NCBI GenBank assembly: GCA_000146045.2
Contig: BK006945.2
Location: 672,001-736,000 of the forward strand
Length of the DNA: 64,000 nt
Reading direction: 5' to 3'
From: TPA_inf: Saccharomyces
Lineage: Eukaryota
In this document: positions 23,046-33,185 of the stretch, in pieces
How the letters are laid out: every line of letters begins with the position of its first letter
How positions within the stretch are numbered: the first letter of the stretch is position 1
The notes under the pieces: generated by a model
What the model saw: the letters and a program-made list of their open reading frames with translations, nothing else
Databases searched by the model: none
Told to the model about the DNA's origin: nothing
Position numbers and translations under genes: made by a program

Positions 23046-24830
23046 TCATTTGAAGTTCTTCAACGGGTCTACTTTACCATTCTTTGGCTTACTGACTCTT
23101 CCCTTTTTATGTGAATGGCGCTTCTTAGCATTGTGGAAAGGAACAAACTTGACTTTGGTTCCATTTCCTCTGGCTGATTCAGGAAGCAAGTAATCTGGAA
23201 CACGCTTTAAATGCTGTTGCACTCTTGCTGGATGTAATTCTTTATCGTGTCTTAAACTTTGTAGCTCTTTTGGATTCTCCTCAAAATGTCTTTTCAACTT
23301 CTCACTTGCCAATAGTTCTTGTTTCAACTCTTTGACCCTAGCTTCTCTAATGGCAACTTGAGTAACAGCACGGAAACCGTCTTCCATTCTGTAACGGAAC
23401 GCCTCGACCTGCTTTTGATCGAATTTGTAAGGCTGTAATTCTAATCCAAGTTTGCTCTGTTGTTTGATGATTCGTGAAAGAATCCTTTCATCCTTCTTTG
23501 CTGTCTGTAGCATTGATGGCTTATGCTTACCAAATTCTTTCAGTGGGACTACGAATGAAATTGCAGTACCGGTCTTTCCGCCACGAGCAGTTCTACCTAC
23601 TCTATGCACGTAGGACTTAGCCGTCGTAGGTAAATCGAAATTGAGGACACATGCAACATTTTTGAAATCAACACCACGAGAAACACCATATTCCTTATCT
23701 TTCTTCACTTGGACCTTCTTTTTCTTGCTTGGTTTCTTATCGTTCTCAGGCTCGCCTTCCAAGCTTTTTTCTTCTTGATTTTCTGTATTGTGCCCTTCTT
23801 CTATTTCGTCATCTTCCTCTTTTATGTACTCGGTGTCATCTGTGGCAATCAATAGTTGGTAAACGTTTTTATTGAATTGGTCAACAATATGTTGCCTCGA
23901 ATTAACGGGTAGCTCGCTGTTTAAAATACAGGACTTGATACCAAATTGTTCCATAACTAGCTTGAGCCTATATCCTCTGTCAATATTATTTACAAAAATT
24001 AATGTTTTACCCTTGATTAAGTTAAGTTTAAAAATGACATAGCATAGTAAGAATTTGTCAAATTCACTGACTTTAACGTAATATTGAAGTAATTTGTTTT
24101 GGTTCTTATTTATTTCCTCGTCATTGAATTTAAGAATAGCTGGAGAACGACAAAATTTTTGTTTCAAAGCCTGTATATCGTCATTTAGGGTTGCACTCAT
24201 CAAAAATGTTTGTAAATTTTTTTTCAATGGTAAGTACTCTCCAATTTTGTTTAAATCATCTTGATAACCAAATGTTAACACTAAATCCACCTCATCAACT
24301 ACTAAAAATTTTAGTTCGTTCAATGAGATAGAATTAATCTTTGTTTGCAACAAATCCAATAATTTACCAGGTGTACCAACTATGATTTCTGGTTGATCCA
24401 TAAGTAGAGTGCTCAAAACTGAGTCAGACATATCGGATGATATGTTCAGAGTTCTTATATCTTTTGAACAATATAAGACTAGTTTTTCTAAAACATTATA
24501 TACTTGTTGAGCCAGTTCTCTTGTTGGAACAAGTATAATACCTAGTGTACCATTTTCCTCTCCGTTATCAATTGTTTTTTTATATTCTAGGATAGTTTCA
24601 ATTACAGGAATGAGGTATGCCAAAGTTTTTCCGGAACCTGTAGCGGCCTTTGCTATAATATCTCTCTTCTGTTGTAAAGCCAAAGGAATAGCATGTGATT
24701 GAATTAATGTTGGGTACTGAAATCCTATATTCTTAATAGCTTGTAATAAACGAGAGTCGAGATGAAATGCTTCGAACGTTGTAGAATCGTCAATATAAGC
24801 GCCTTCCACAGACTTTTTCTCATAGCTCAT
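23046..24830 (-). CDS. DBP9: DEAD-box RNA helicase Dbp9 (60S ribosome biogenesis), 594 aa.
   Basis: Q-motif, Walker [15 protein letters not shown] box, SAT and [10 protein letters not shown] motifs. Length and position (YLR276C) match. Confidence 0.95.
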
Positions 24831-25155
24831 TTTTTTGATCTTTCGTTGCAGTTTTGGCTTAGTCTATTTCTTTTGTGAGATAAATTGTAGATTGACTATA
24901 ACTATCAGCCAAAACAAAAGGCTCTTACTCAATGAAAGAAATTAGAAGAATCGAAATGAAATGAGATGAGATGAGATGAGATGAGATGGTCTAGAAGAGT
25001 TATTCTTTATGTTCGTGAAAAAAAATTTTTAAAATTTCATCTCTAGGTTTCATTACGTAAAGAGTGATTAAGGTAAACAATAAAAGGCAGTTCTAACCAG
25101 ATTTTGGTTTGGTATTACTTCTATAAAGTAGTCTACTTAGTATGCGTAACTGTTT

Positions 25156-27495
25156 TTAACATAGCGGTGTGACCAAATTACCACCAATATTTAAGAGGCT
25201 TTCCACCCTACCTTTCAAAGGATTTGAATTACATTCTAAAATTTTCATATTGTTGAAGTCAATCTTAGCAGTGCTTTTACCTATGGTAACCACTCCAGTT
25301 ATAGTTTCCTCTTTATTACTTGCATATTCATCTTTATTGAGAAATAAAGTAAAACAGTCACCAAACTGTTCTTTAAACAACCTTGAGATTTGCTTCACCC
25401 TCTCAACTTCATCAATCTTACCTTGTGCATTAGACTGCACATTGTTATGATCATGATCATCACAAGAATGACTCGAAAGCTTGACACTGGCGGGAGCTGA
25501 ATCCACATTCATAAGTATAGCAATAATGGAGTCTGCTACAGTGTCATTCATTAAATCTTGAGTCCATTCCACAACGGCTAGAGTATTAACAATAGTTAAC
25601 TTAATATCACCCATTATCTGTAGAATCAATTTACCTGTATTGGTCAGATTGTCTTTTGACTCTTCTTTAACCTTTGGTTCTTGATTTGTTACTCTATCAT
25701 CATCTTGAAGAACTTCAGCCTCTCCAAACATTTGTAAAATGTGCCAGTAAATTAGCTCCTTTTTACAATTTACACGAACTGACTGGCGCTCTCTTAATAT
25801 CGTTGTAGAAAGATCGGGATGGTGCTCTCTTAAATCAGACAAAGAAAGGAAGTCTAATTCGAAATTTTTGTCATCTGAAACTAGAATCCCAGAAACGACT
25901 ATGTCTTTGTGTTCCTCTTCATCAACCAAACCTTTTTCTGCTTGAGAATCCAAGTTGTCTTCGTTTTCTTCCTTTATAGGTTCAATTTTAGCCGCAATTT
26001 CTTCCTTTATCTCTACGTTTTCTTCTTTATATATTTCGTTCACAATATTTCCCACAGCTTTTGCAACCTTGACACCTTGAAATTCAAGATCTACTTCAAC
26101 ACAGTTTCTAGGATTAAAAACATGGACTTCATTATCTGTACCCTTTAAAGACGCGAAATTGGATAACAATGCAGATTTCAAACGGCCCATGGGATTGGCT
26201 TCTCCATGAACAAGGATGATATTTGGCGCACTAATCTTTTCAATAAATTCTAAATTTTCCTGGAAGTCAACGTGTGCGGCAAAGGAGATTTCTTCAACTT
26301 GACAACGTCTTGGAATGGTTATTTCCGGATTATTTATGGAAGGTATTGTATCTGGCTCAAGCATAATAAATTTCGCCATTGTTCCTTCGATGGAGTAACC
26401 GGTGATTAGTACTAGATTTTTATCTTCAGGGCACCACCTTTCAAGTAAATCTCTTGATAACCCACTTTGCAGCATACCTGGTGAGGCCAACATCACACTG
26501 GGACCAAAATCTTGGAAATCCTCCAAGTTTCTAAGATAAGATATATTTTTGAATATGAAGGGATTAGTCTGAGAGTCTCTAAATTTTTTTCTAATGTCAT
26601 CATTCATCATATTTACATAGGTTTGAAAAACGCTCATACATTTTTTTGCCAAATTTGATGCATAAAATATTGGGACTTGTCCACCACCGAGTTCATCAGC
26701 ATGTTGAGACCAGTACTCATCCAGTATAAGCATGATTTCTTGAGCTCTCCCTAAAGCAAAAACAGGCAGTAGAACACGGCCTCCTCTCATCACTGTGGAA
26801 TGGATTAGTTGGGTTAGCTTCCTTTCTCTATTTAAACGGGGCTCGTGAGTAGCGGTACCAAAGGTAGATTCCACAATTAATACGTTGGATGAAAGTGGAG
26901 GCACCTCAGCAGAATTTAAGTGACGATCTACTTCTCTCGAATAGTCACCTGTGAATAACACCCTAAGGCCAGCAATCTCTATTTGAAACATCGCTGCACC
27001 CAATACATGGCCTGCATGGAATGCCGTAAATTTGATACCATTGACGTCAACAGTAGAATGATAGTCCACCGTTTCAATTTTATCGAAAGAATCAACTAAA
27101 TCCTCATCTGAGAATAGACCTTCGTCTTTAGTCCCCATAGAGGAGGATGAAGAACCTATACTAGTAACTCTTACAAAATCTCGCAGTAGCCATCTGTAAA
27201 TGGCTTTGGTTGGATGTGTCATGAAAACTCTGCCTTGAAAGTTAGTCCGTTGCATCACATACGGAAGTGAAGCGGCATGGTCTAAATGGAAATGTGATAT
27301 CAGTAAGATATCGACTTTGGAAAGATCAAATTCATCGTAAAAAGGTAATGAAGCTAATCCTTGATATGCCGGATGAATTCCTGCGTCGAGCATCACTGTT
27401 TTACCTTTATATTGCAATATATGACATGATCGTCCAACTTCGTTACTTCCTCCCAATGAAAAAAATTTGAATGTTGTTGTATTTGTTCGCTCCAT
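25156..27495 (-). CDS. YSH1: CPSF-73 homolog Ysh1/Brr5, the mRNA 3-prime-end cleavage endonuclease (metallo-beta-lactamase/beta-CASP), 779 aa.
   Basis: HFHLDHAASLPY metallo-beta-lactamase signature. Length and position (YLR277C) match. Confidence 0.95.
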   Translation of the reverse strand: MERTNTTTFKFFSLGGSNEVGRSCHILQYKGKTVMLDAGIHPAYQGLASLPFYDEFDLSKVDILLISHFHLDHAASLPYVMQRTNFQGRVFMTHPTKAIYRWLLRDFVRVTSIGSSSSSMGTKDEGLFSDEDLVDSFDKIETVDYHSTVDVNGIKFTAFHAGHVLGAAMFQIEIAGLRVLFTGDYSREVDRHLNSAEVPPLSSNVLIVESTFGTATHEPRLNRERKLTQLIHSTVMRGGRVLLPVFALGRAQEIMLILDEYWSQHADELGGGQVPIFYASNLAKKCMSVFQTYVNMMNDDIRKKFRDSQTNPFIFKNISYLRNLEDFQDFGPSVMLASPGMLQSGLSRDLLERWCPEDKNLVLITGYSIEGTMAKFIMLEPDTIPSINNPEITIPRRCQVEEISFAAHVDFQENLEFIEKISAPNIILVHGEANPMGRLKSALLSNFASLKGTDNEVHVFNPRNCVEVDLEFQGVKVAKAVGNIVNEIYKEENVEIKEEIAAKIEPIKEENEDNLDSQAEKGLVDEEEHKDIVVSGILVSDDKNFELDFLSLSDLREHHPDLSTTILRERQSVRVNCKKELIYWHILQMFGEAEVLQDDDRVTNQEPKVKEESKDNLTNTGKLILQIMGDIKLTIVNTLAVVEWTQDLMNDTVADSIIAILMNVDSAPASVKLSSHSCDDHDHNNVQSNAQGKIDEVERVKQISRLFKEQFGDCFTLFLNKDEYASNKEETITGVVTIGKSTAKIDFNNMKILECNSNPLKGRVESLLNIGGNLVTPLC

Positions 27496-27998
27496 ATATG
27501 CGTATACTTATTAATGTTAACTTATTATGTTACTTTTTATTTCCTCAATGGACAAAATTCAATTGATAATACAATGTTTCTTTTGTGCTGTAACTTTTGA
27601 AGTACTGAAAACAAGGGTAAAAGAAATAAACGCTTATACCCGTGAACATTTTGAACCTATTAGATGTGATCTCAATATGTATTGCGCTGAAGCAGTAGAA
27701 GTTGTTAAAGATCCGCTAGTTTTTCATAATTTTCGGCCAGAATAACTGCTTACCCGTATTTATTTGCAAACACGCTACTTAGTCTTTTGGAGAGGACTTT
27801 ATACAGGAAAGAAAGAGTTTTATTGATTTTAAAAACAATATAAATGAAAGAAAAAAATGTGTTTTAGATTAGGCTTATAAGATATGACCCATATCATAAT
27901 TAAAAAAAGCGATTTAGTTGTTCTTTTAAAAAAAAAGAGAAAAAAAAAAAAAAAAAAAAAAGGAATGAGTTTGTACATACTATTATATTAATGTAGTA

Positions 27999-30900
27999 TC
28001 ACGTTAAAAAGCCGTAGTCATCATTAATCGTCCAAAAGTCTTCTACCGGACCAGATGTCATCATGTTATCCCAGTTAGAACGCTTTTTCCTGATGTCTGC
28101 GTTAGTTACTGTAGGAATAACATTGTCGAAATGCAGATTTGCGCTAGTGTTTGCTTCCACCTGTGTTTTAGGTCCATTCTTCTCTGTTTCGTCAAGATTA
28201 TATTGTACACCTTCCTGATTGGACATCATGAACAAATTTCTGTTATACGAAGGGTCATTCTGCGTCTGTTGAAAATTATTAGCGGTTACATTGTTTTCAG
28301 AACACATATTTTGTTGTTGATGTTGTTGCTGCTGTTTGTCCATGGACAGAGATGAAGGCTCTTGACTCTGGGGAAATATTGTTTGTAGTATGGACTTGCT
28401 ATTCAAAGCATCTAGAACGGAGTTATTGGTCCAGGTGGAAATATTGTTGATCATGTCATGAGCACCGTTGCTGAAAAGTATATCGCCCGAAGAAGAGCCA
28501 TTTCGAGCTTGTTTGACACTGACCGGAATTGAATTGCTAGTAAATGACGCTGGTATCGAGGAGATAATATTATTGCCATAATCTGCTCTTAGGGGTGATG
28601 TACTGAAATTTGATTCTTCGACATCTCTTAATTGCTTATTTTCACTTGTATGGTTAGAGAATATTGCAGATTGTAGAGGATTACTGTTGATCATACCATT
28701 GTTTAATTGATTCGTAAAATTGCTTTCTGAGAATCTTTGTGGAGAAGTAATATGTTGTTGTGGCTGCTCCCGCTGTTGTTGCGGCAGTGGTCGTGATACA
28801 TGCTGTTGCGGTAGCATATTGGAAGTTTGAGGATATGGAGTTGGGCTTTGCGTCATCGCTATTGGAATCGGATCCGAATGCGAAGAGGCTGTAGATATGC
28901 TAGAAGATTTTGAAGGACTTCTATTGGTCATAGTATCGGTGTTCAGGGACGATAGATACGCTTGTAAATTGTGCTGAGCTAGTTGCTGTTGTAGAAAGGC
29001 CTGCTGTTGAAATACTTGCCAATCAAACTCTGTTTGGTTGGTTGGTTTCTTGACGATATATTGGTCTTGAATAGGCCTTTCTACATCATTTTCCATAGTT
29101 ACGTTGTTGTTACGAACATACTGGCTGTTGTTGCCATTATTGCAGCTGTTGTTGGTAGTGCTTCTGCTATTACTTTCATTATCATTATTATTAACATTAT
29201 TATTATTATTACTATTATTATTATTATTGTTATTATTATTATTATTATCATTATTATTGTTGTGATTATTGTTGTGTTCTCTGTTGACGCTGCTGATGGT
29301 CATACCATTGTTATCATTGTTTACATTGATTTTCAGGTTTTTTTCTTGGGAAGAAGGAAACGATAATGTCGACGATGATGACGAAGAAGAAGATGATGAC
29401 GAAGAAGATGTTGTATAAGACATTGAAGAATTTGAAATACGTGACCTGTCATCCATTTTGGTTAATAGGTGAGCTAAACTTTTGGGTACAGAGGTCTTTT
29501 CTAAAACACCTTGCTTCTTCTTGAATTTCTCTTGTTCAGCCAAATCCACTTGTGAATTTTCCACAAAACCGGCGTGCTCTTCAGCTTGTCCTTTACCAAA
29601 TATTCTAGCCACAGCAGGCGGCATACCGCCATTATGAGATATATTTTTATCGTTTGAATTGGATAGATTAGCTGCATTTGCGGAGTTAGAATCATGAAGA
29701 GTATCCCCAGATGAAATTGCCTTATTGGCCTCATCATTGATGTTCTTGGGTTCAGTACGCTTGGCGACACTACTAGCCATGAAAATTAACTCAGAAGAGT
29801 CTGGACCACATCTTTCAATCAAATTACCTACCGTGGCATTCATTAACTGATCGAAAGTATCTCTAAAGGTTCTTGCAAAATTAGACCTTTCTGTCATAAC
29901 ATATAAACAAACGGAGCAAGCTCTCAAATCATCCATCGTCGAAAAGAGACTTGCACTGATTAAAGGTCTAGTATGCTTCGAAGCATCGCCTAATTTCTTC
30001 CTCCTTTGATCGTCAAAATTCCTGGCTAACCACATACAGTAGATTAAAGTTACGCCAGCTACAAAAACCGTATGCACTGCTGGTGTAGAATGACCATTAA
30101 GCGTTTTTTGATGGAATATCTTGTATAACTGACAAATTTGACCCGCAGCAGCTTGACATTCTCTAAATAGTCTATCCTCCGGGGCGAAAAATTCCAAATA
30201 TGGTTGTATAAGCAATCGCACTGATCTATAGTAATAAAGTTTTAGTGTCTCGTTTTCGAAATTTTTCACGTCAAGAGTGGAATAACTTTTTCTCCAAACT
30301 TCCAAATCTTCAAAAAATTTTCGTACTAGGGGCAATTGATCAATGGATTGCTTCACTGACCTGGAATCGTTTTTCAATAGCTGTAAAGTCTCTACAAATT
30401 GAGATTCAATTCTTCGCAGCTTTAGAGACTGATTGATGAATTGCACACCATGGTCATTGGTTGATGGAGCCGCCGCATGCACACCTTTTGTATAAAAAGA
30501 GTCGTTATTGAAAAGAGGTAAATTTATTTCCGACTCCTTGATTGTATAAGGTTTCCCCACAGCAACACAAATCATTCTTTCCAACAGGTAAACACACCAA
30601 AATAGTCGCAGTTTCTTATTTGCAAATGGATCATTAGGATACCATTGATTTAGATGAAGTTTCTTCTTGGATATGCCCATGACATCCTTGATTATGTCAT
30701 ATAGTATCAGAGAATCTCTATCAGTCCTAATAATGTAAAGGACAAGCAATGTCAACAGTTCTATTTGCTGAACATAATTCAAATGTAGACCACACTTAGT
30801 GATGTGACGGATAGCGGTGGAGAAATATCGGTGAGGTGGAAACCCCTTGTACTTACCTGTGGTCATCAGTAAGTAGGCGCTGATGCTGAAGACAAGCCAC

Positions 30901-32024
30901 ATTCTGCCGGATAGAAAATGAAATTCTATTTCAGAATACGAATGTGAATTCGACGGTGGTGCTGCGGAAGACGTGGCGGGAGAAGATGGTGGGATAAGAA
31001 TCTTGTTGTGGAGGTAGTGGTCATAAAAAGTATAGATTTCTTGTTCGTCTAAGATAGGGTACTTGAATTGTAATCTTGTGAAAAAAGTGTCCAAGAAGGA
31101 ACGTGACAGCTTCTCATTCAGTTCAAAAATAGGGTCATACATCAAAAACTCTTTTTTCAAATTGTATTTGGCAAAAATACACTTAGTGAAGTCCAGCGTC
31201 TCTAAAGGGTCATTCAAAAGGCTCGCGGATTGGCAGATAGCATTATTGTTGTTTATGTTGTTCGTACTGGCCGATGTATCGTTAGTGGCCGCATTAACGT
31301 TGCTGCCGTTATTGTTTGTGTTCTCCAGGGGTTTGTTGGAAGGAGATGGCAGCGGCAGTATGACCATATTGCTGCTGTTCGGTCTAGAGTAATCAGAAGT
31401 GTTGTTACTGAACAAATGAGAAACCTTCTTGTACTGGGATAATTCGTAGTTGTACTGGTTGCATCCCGGCGATAAATCGAGCAAAGTCTCCAAACTTTTT
31501 AGTTTTTTCTCCAAGAAAATCGTATACTGATCTTTGTCTTGCCTCATCAGGTTTGGATTGGAATTTGTCGTGACGGACTTTATCGTTTTCCTGAATTCAT
31601 TCGCGTCGCCAGCATCAACATTACTATTGCTAGTGGAAATGGGTTTTATTATCGTCATGTCATTCAGAGAAGTGGCAGCGCCAGCGCCAGCGCCAATACT
31701 GCTATCTTGCAGCTCACGTTTTATTACAGGATGAGGTGTAGGAGGTACAGTGCCAGCTGTAGGGGTGTTGTTGTTGGTGTTACTGTTCGAAGTGGAAGAA
31801 GAGTACTTGGAGGGCTGCACGCACTTTATTCCTGCTTTCAAACAGGCGGTACAACTGGGTAATTTATGGTCGCATCGTTGCTTTCTTCTTCTACAAAGAA
31901 GACAAGACCTGGAACGGCCCTTTTTGTCTTGCAACAAGACGTCTGTCCTGTTACCGGCCAGCTCCAGTTCTCTCTTCAACTGTTGTATTTTCTCCTGGCT
32001 AACATTCTTCCTTGGACGGCCCAT
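27999..32024 (-). CDS. YLR278C: Zn2Cys6 zinc-cluster protein YLR278C, 1341 aa, with long Asn-, Ser- and Gln-rich low-complexity regions.
   Basis: N-terminal CLLCRRRKQRCDHKLPSCTACLKAGIKC. A fungal transcription-factor middle homology region. Poly-N and poly-S tracts. Confidence 0.9.
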   Translation of the reverse strand: MGRPRKNVSQEKIQQLKRELELAGNRTDVLLQDKKGRSRSCLLCRRRKQRCDHKLPSCTACLKAGIKCVQPSKYSSSTSNSNTNNNTPTAGTVPPTPHPVIKRELQDSSIGAGAGAATSLNDMTIIKPISTSNSNVDAGDANEFRKTIKSVTTNSNPNLMRQDKDQYTIFLEKKLKSLETLLDLSPGCNQYNYELSQYKKVSHLFSNNTSDYSRPNSSNMVILPLPSPSNKPLENTNNNGSNVNAATNDTSASTNNINNNNAICQSASLLNDPLETLDFTKCIFAKYNLKKEFLMYDPIFELNEKLSRSFLDTFFTRLQFKYPILDEQEIYTFYDHYLHNKILIPPSSPATSSAAPPSNSHSYSEIEFHFLSGRMWLVFSISAYLLMTTGKYKGFPPHRYFSTAIRHITKCGLHLNYVQQIELLTLLVLYIIRTDRDSLILYDIIKDVMGISKKKLHLNQWYPNDPFANKKLRLFWCVYLLERMICVAVGKPYTIKESEINLPLFNNDSFYTKGVHAAAPSTNDHGVQFINQSLKLRRIESQFVETLQLLKNDSRSVKQSIDQLPLVRKFFEDLEVWRKSYSTLDVKNFENETLKLYYYRSVRLLIQPYLEFFAPEDRLFRECQAAAGQICQLYKIFHQKTLNGHSTPAVHTVFVAGVTLIYCMWLARNFDDQRRKKLGDASKHTRPLISASLFSTMDDLRACSVCLYVMTERSNFARTFRDTFDQLMNATVGNLIERCGPDSSELIFMASSVAKRTEPKNINDEANKAISSGDTLHDSNSANAANLSNSNDKNISHNGGMPPAVARIFGKGQAEEHAGFVENSQVDLAEQEKFKKKQGVLEKTSVPKSLAHLLTKMDDRSRISNSSMSYTTSSSSSSSSSSSSSTLSFPSSQEKNLKINVNNDNNGMTISSVNREHNNNHNNNNDNNNNNNNNNNNSNNNNNVNNNDNESNSRSTTNNSCNNGNNSQYVRNNNVTMENDVERPIQDQYIVKKPTNQTEFDWQVFQQQAFLQQQLAQHNLQAYLSSLNTDTMTNRSPSKSSSISTASSHSDPIPIAMTQSPTPYPQTSNMLPQQHVSRPLPQQQREQPQQHITSPQRFSESNFTNQLNNGMINSNPLQSAIFSNHTSENKQLRDVEESNFSTSPLRADYGNNIISSIPASFTSNSIPVSVKQARNGSSSGDILFSNGAHDMINNISTWTNNSVLDALNSKSILQTIFPQSQEPSSLSMDKQQQQHQQQNMCSENNVTANNFQQTQNDPSYNRNLFMMSNQEGVQYNLDETEKNGPKTQVEANTSANLHFDNVIPTVTNADIRKKRSNWDNMMTSGPVEDFWTINDDYGFLT

Positions 32025-32492
32025 TATTATTTACGTGTATTGTTGGTAGTTAGCCCGAAGATTATGAGTACGTGAAATACACTTGTCTTTATGAAAGAGT
32101 GGAAAAATGGTGGGGAGTAAGTTATACTATTGACGTGTAAAAAAAAAAAAAAAAAAATGTTAATGGAACGACCGATCTAAAGAACCATATATAATGAATG
32201 ACTAAAAAAAGCAAAATAGTTAAGAATCCAAGAAAGATACTAAGAAAAGGCGAAAAGAAAAAGAAAAAGTATGTCCGCTAACAAAGATTAGCGTATAAGC
32301 ACCACACGATGCGATTCAGGTCTCAACGTGCAGTGTGCAGGAGCAGGAACTATTCAATGTATTGTTGTTCCAGGGTTTTTGTTCGCAACCCACGTCTTGA
32401 CCGACGGTACCCGCAGGTGAAAATTTTAGCAAAGTTACACTTTTTTTTTCATTTTTTTTTTTCTTTTCTCCTCCATCTAATTTCACCTGCGG

Positions 32493-32960
32493 TTACCGGC
32501 GGAATAACTCGCGCACCATTTCTCTGTCTCGGGCCTCGCGTTCCTCTTTTTCGACTCGAGCGGCCTCTTCACGCTGCTCGTACTTCGCGACGCTGCGCCG
32601 GCGCTGCGAGCGTTTCTGTTGACGGTGCCACTGTAGAAGCGCCTCCTCTCTGGACGGCATCGTGTCGTACGACGCCGCAAGTTCGCGCGCGAGCTTAAGC
32701 CGGGCAAGCTTTCGATTTTGCTCACGTGACCGCGTTTCTTGGCACTCGACAACGATCCCAGTGGGTTCATGCCGTAGTTGTACCTTAGAATTACACTTAT
32801 TAATCTTTTGGCCACCGGGCCCTCTGCCGCCATGAAGGAATTTCTCAGTGCATTGTGCTTCCATCTCTGGCGTGAACTTTGGTCGCGGTGGTAGCTTGTT
32901 CTTTTTAATCAGCAGCACTGCGGCACTGCTGATTGACCTCTTACTCGCTCCCCTCATCAT
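32493..32960 (-). CDS. YLR281C: Release-factor-family (RF-1/peptidyl-tRNA hydrolase domain, GGQ motif) protein YLR281C, 155 aa. Likely a mitochondrial ribosome-rescue factor.
   Basis: GGQ motif in HGGRGPGGQKINK and a basic C-terminal tail. The coding sequence is strikingly GC/CpG-rich for yeast. Confidence 0.85.
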   Translation of the reverse strand: MMRGASKRSISSAAVLLIKKNKLPPRPKFTPEMEAQCTEKFLHGGRGPGGQKINKCNSKVQLRHEPTGIVVECQETRSREQNRKLARLKLARELAASYDTMPSREEALLQWHRQQKRSQRRRSVAKYEQREEAARVEKEEREARDREMVRELFRR

Positions 32961-33185
32961 AGTTTACTAGTCTCGGATTCTTCTGCGCTTTTTCCAGGGT
33001 CGCATAGCTTGTAGGTTGGTAGCATAGACTTATATATAAACTCATATCCGTTCTAGGAACGTATAGCGCGCTATGGTAGTCCGGGGAAAATGCACAGTTT
33101 AGTTAAGTGTATAGTAATTTTATCGATAAAGGAAGAATGGAAGAGGTTTATGTATACATGTAAACTCTGAACATCTAATAGACTA

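Noticed and set aside
29007-29366. A 119-aa plus-strand ORF of poly-Ile/Val (IIIIITIIIIIVIIII).
   Set aside because: It is the antisense of the Asn-codon (AAT) array inside YLR278C. It is a compositional artefact.
32309-32833. Long overlapping ORFs antisense to YLR281C: 129 aa on the plus strand and 116 aa on the minus strand.
   Set aside because: They arise because the GC-rich sequence lacks stop codons in several frames. Their translations are Arg/Ala-rich low-complexity sequence with no domain. They correspond to the dubious ORF class.
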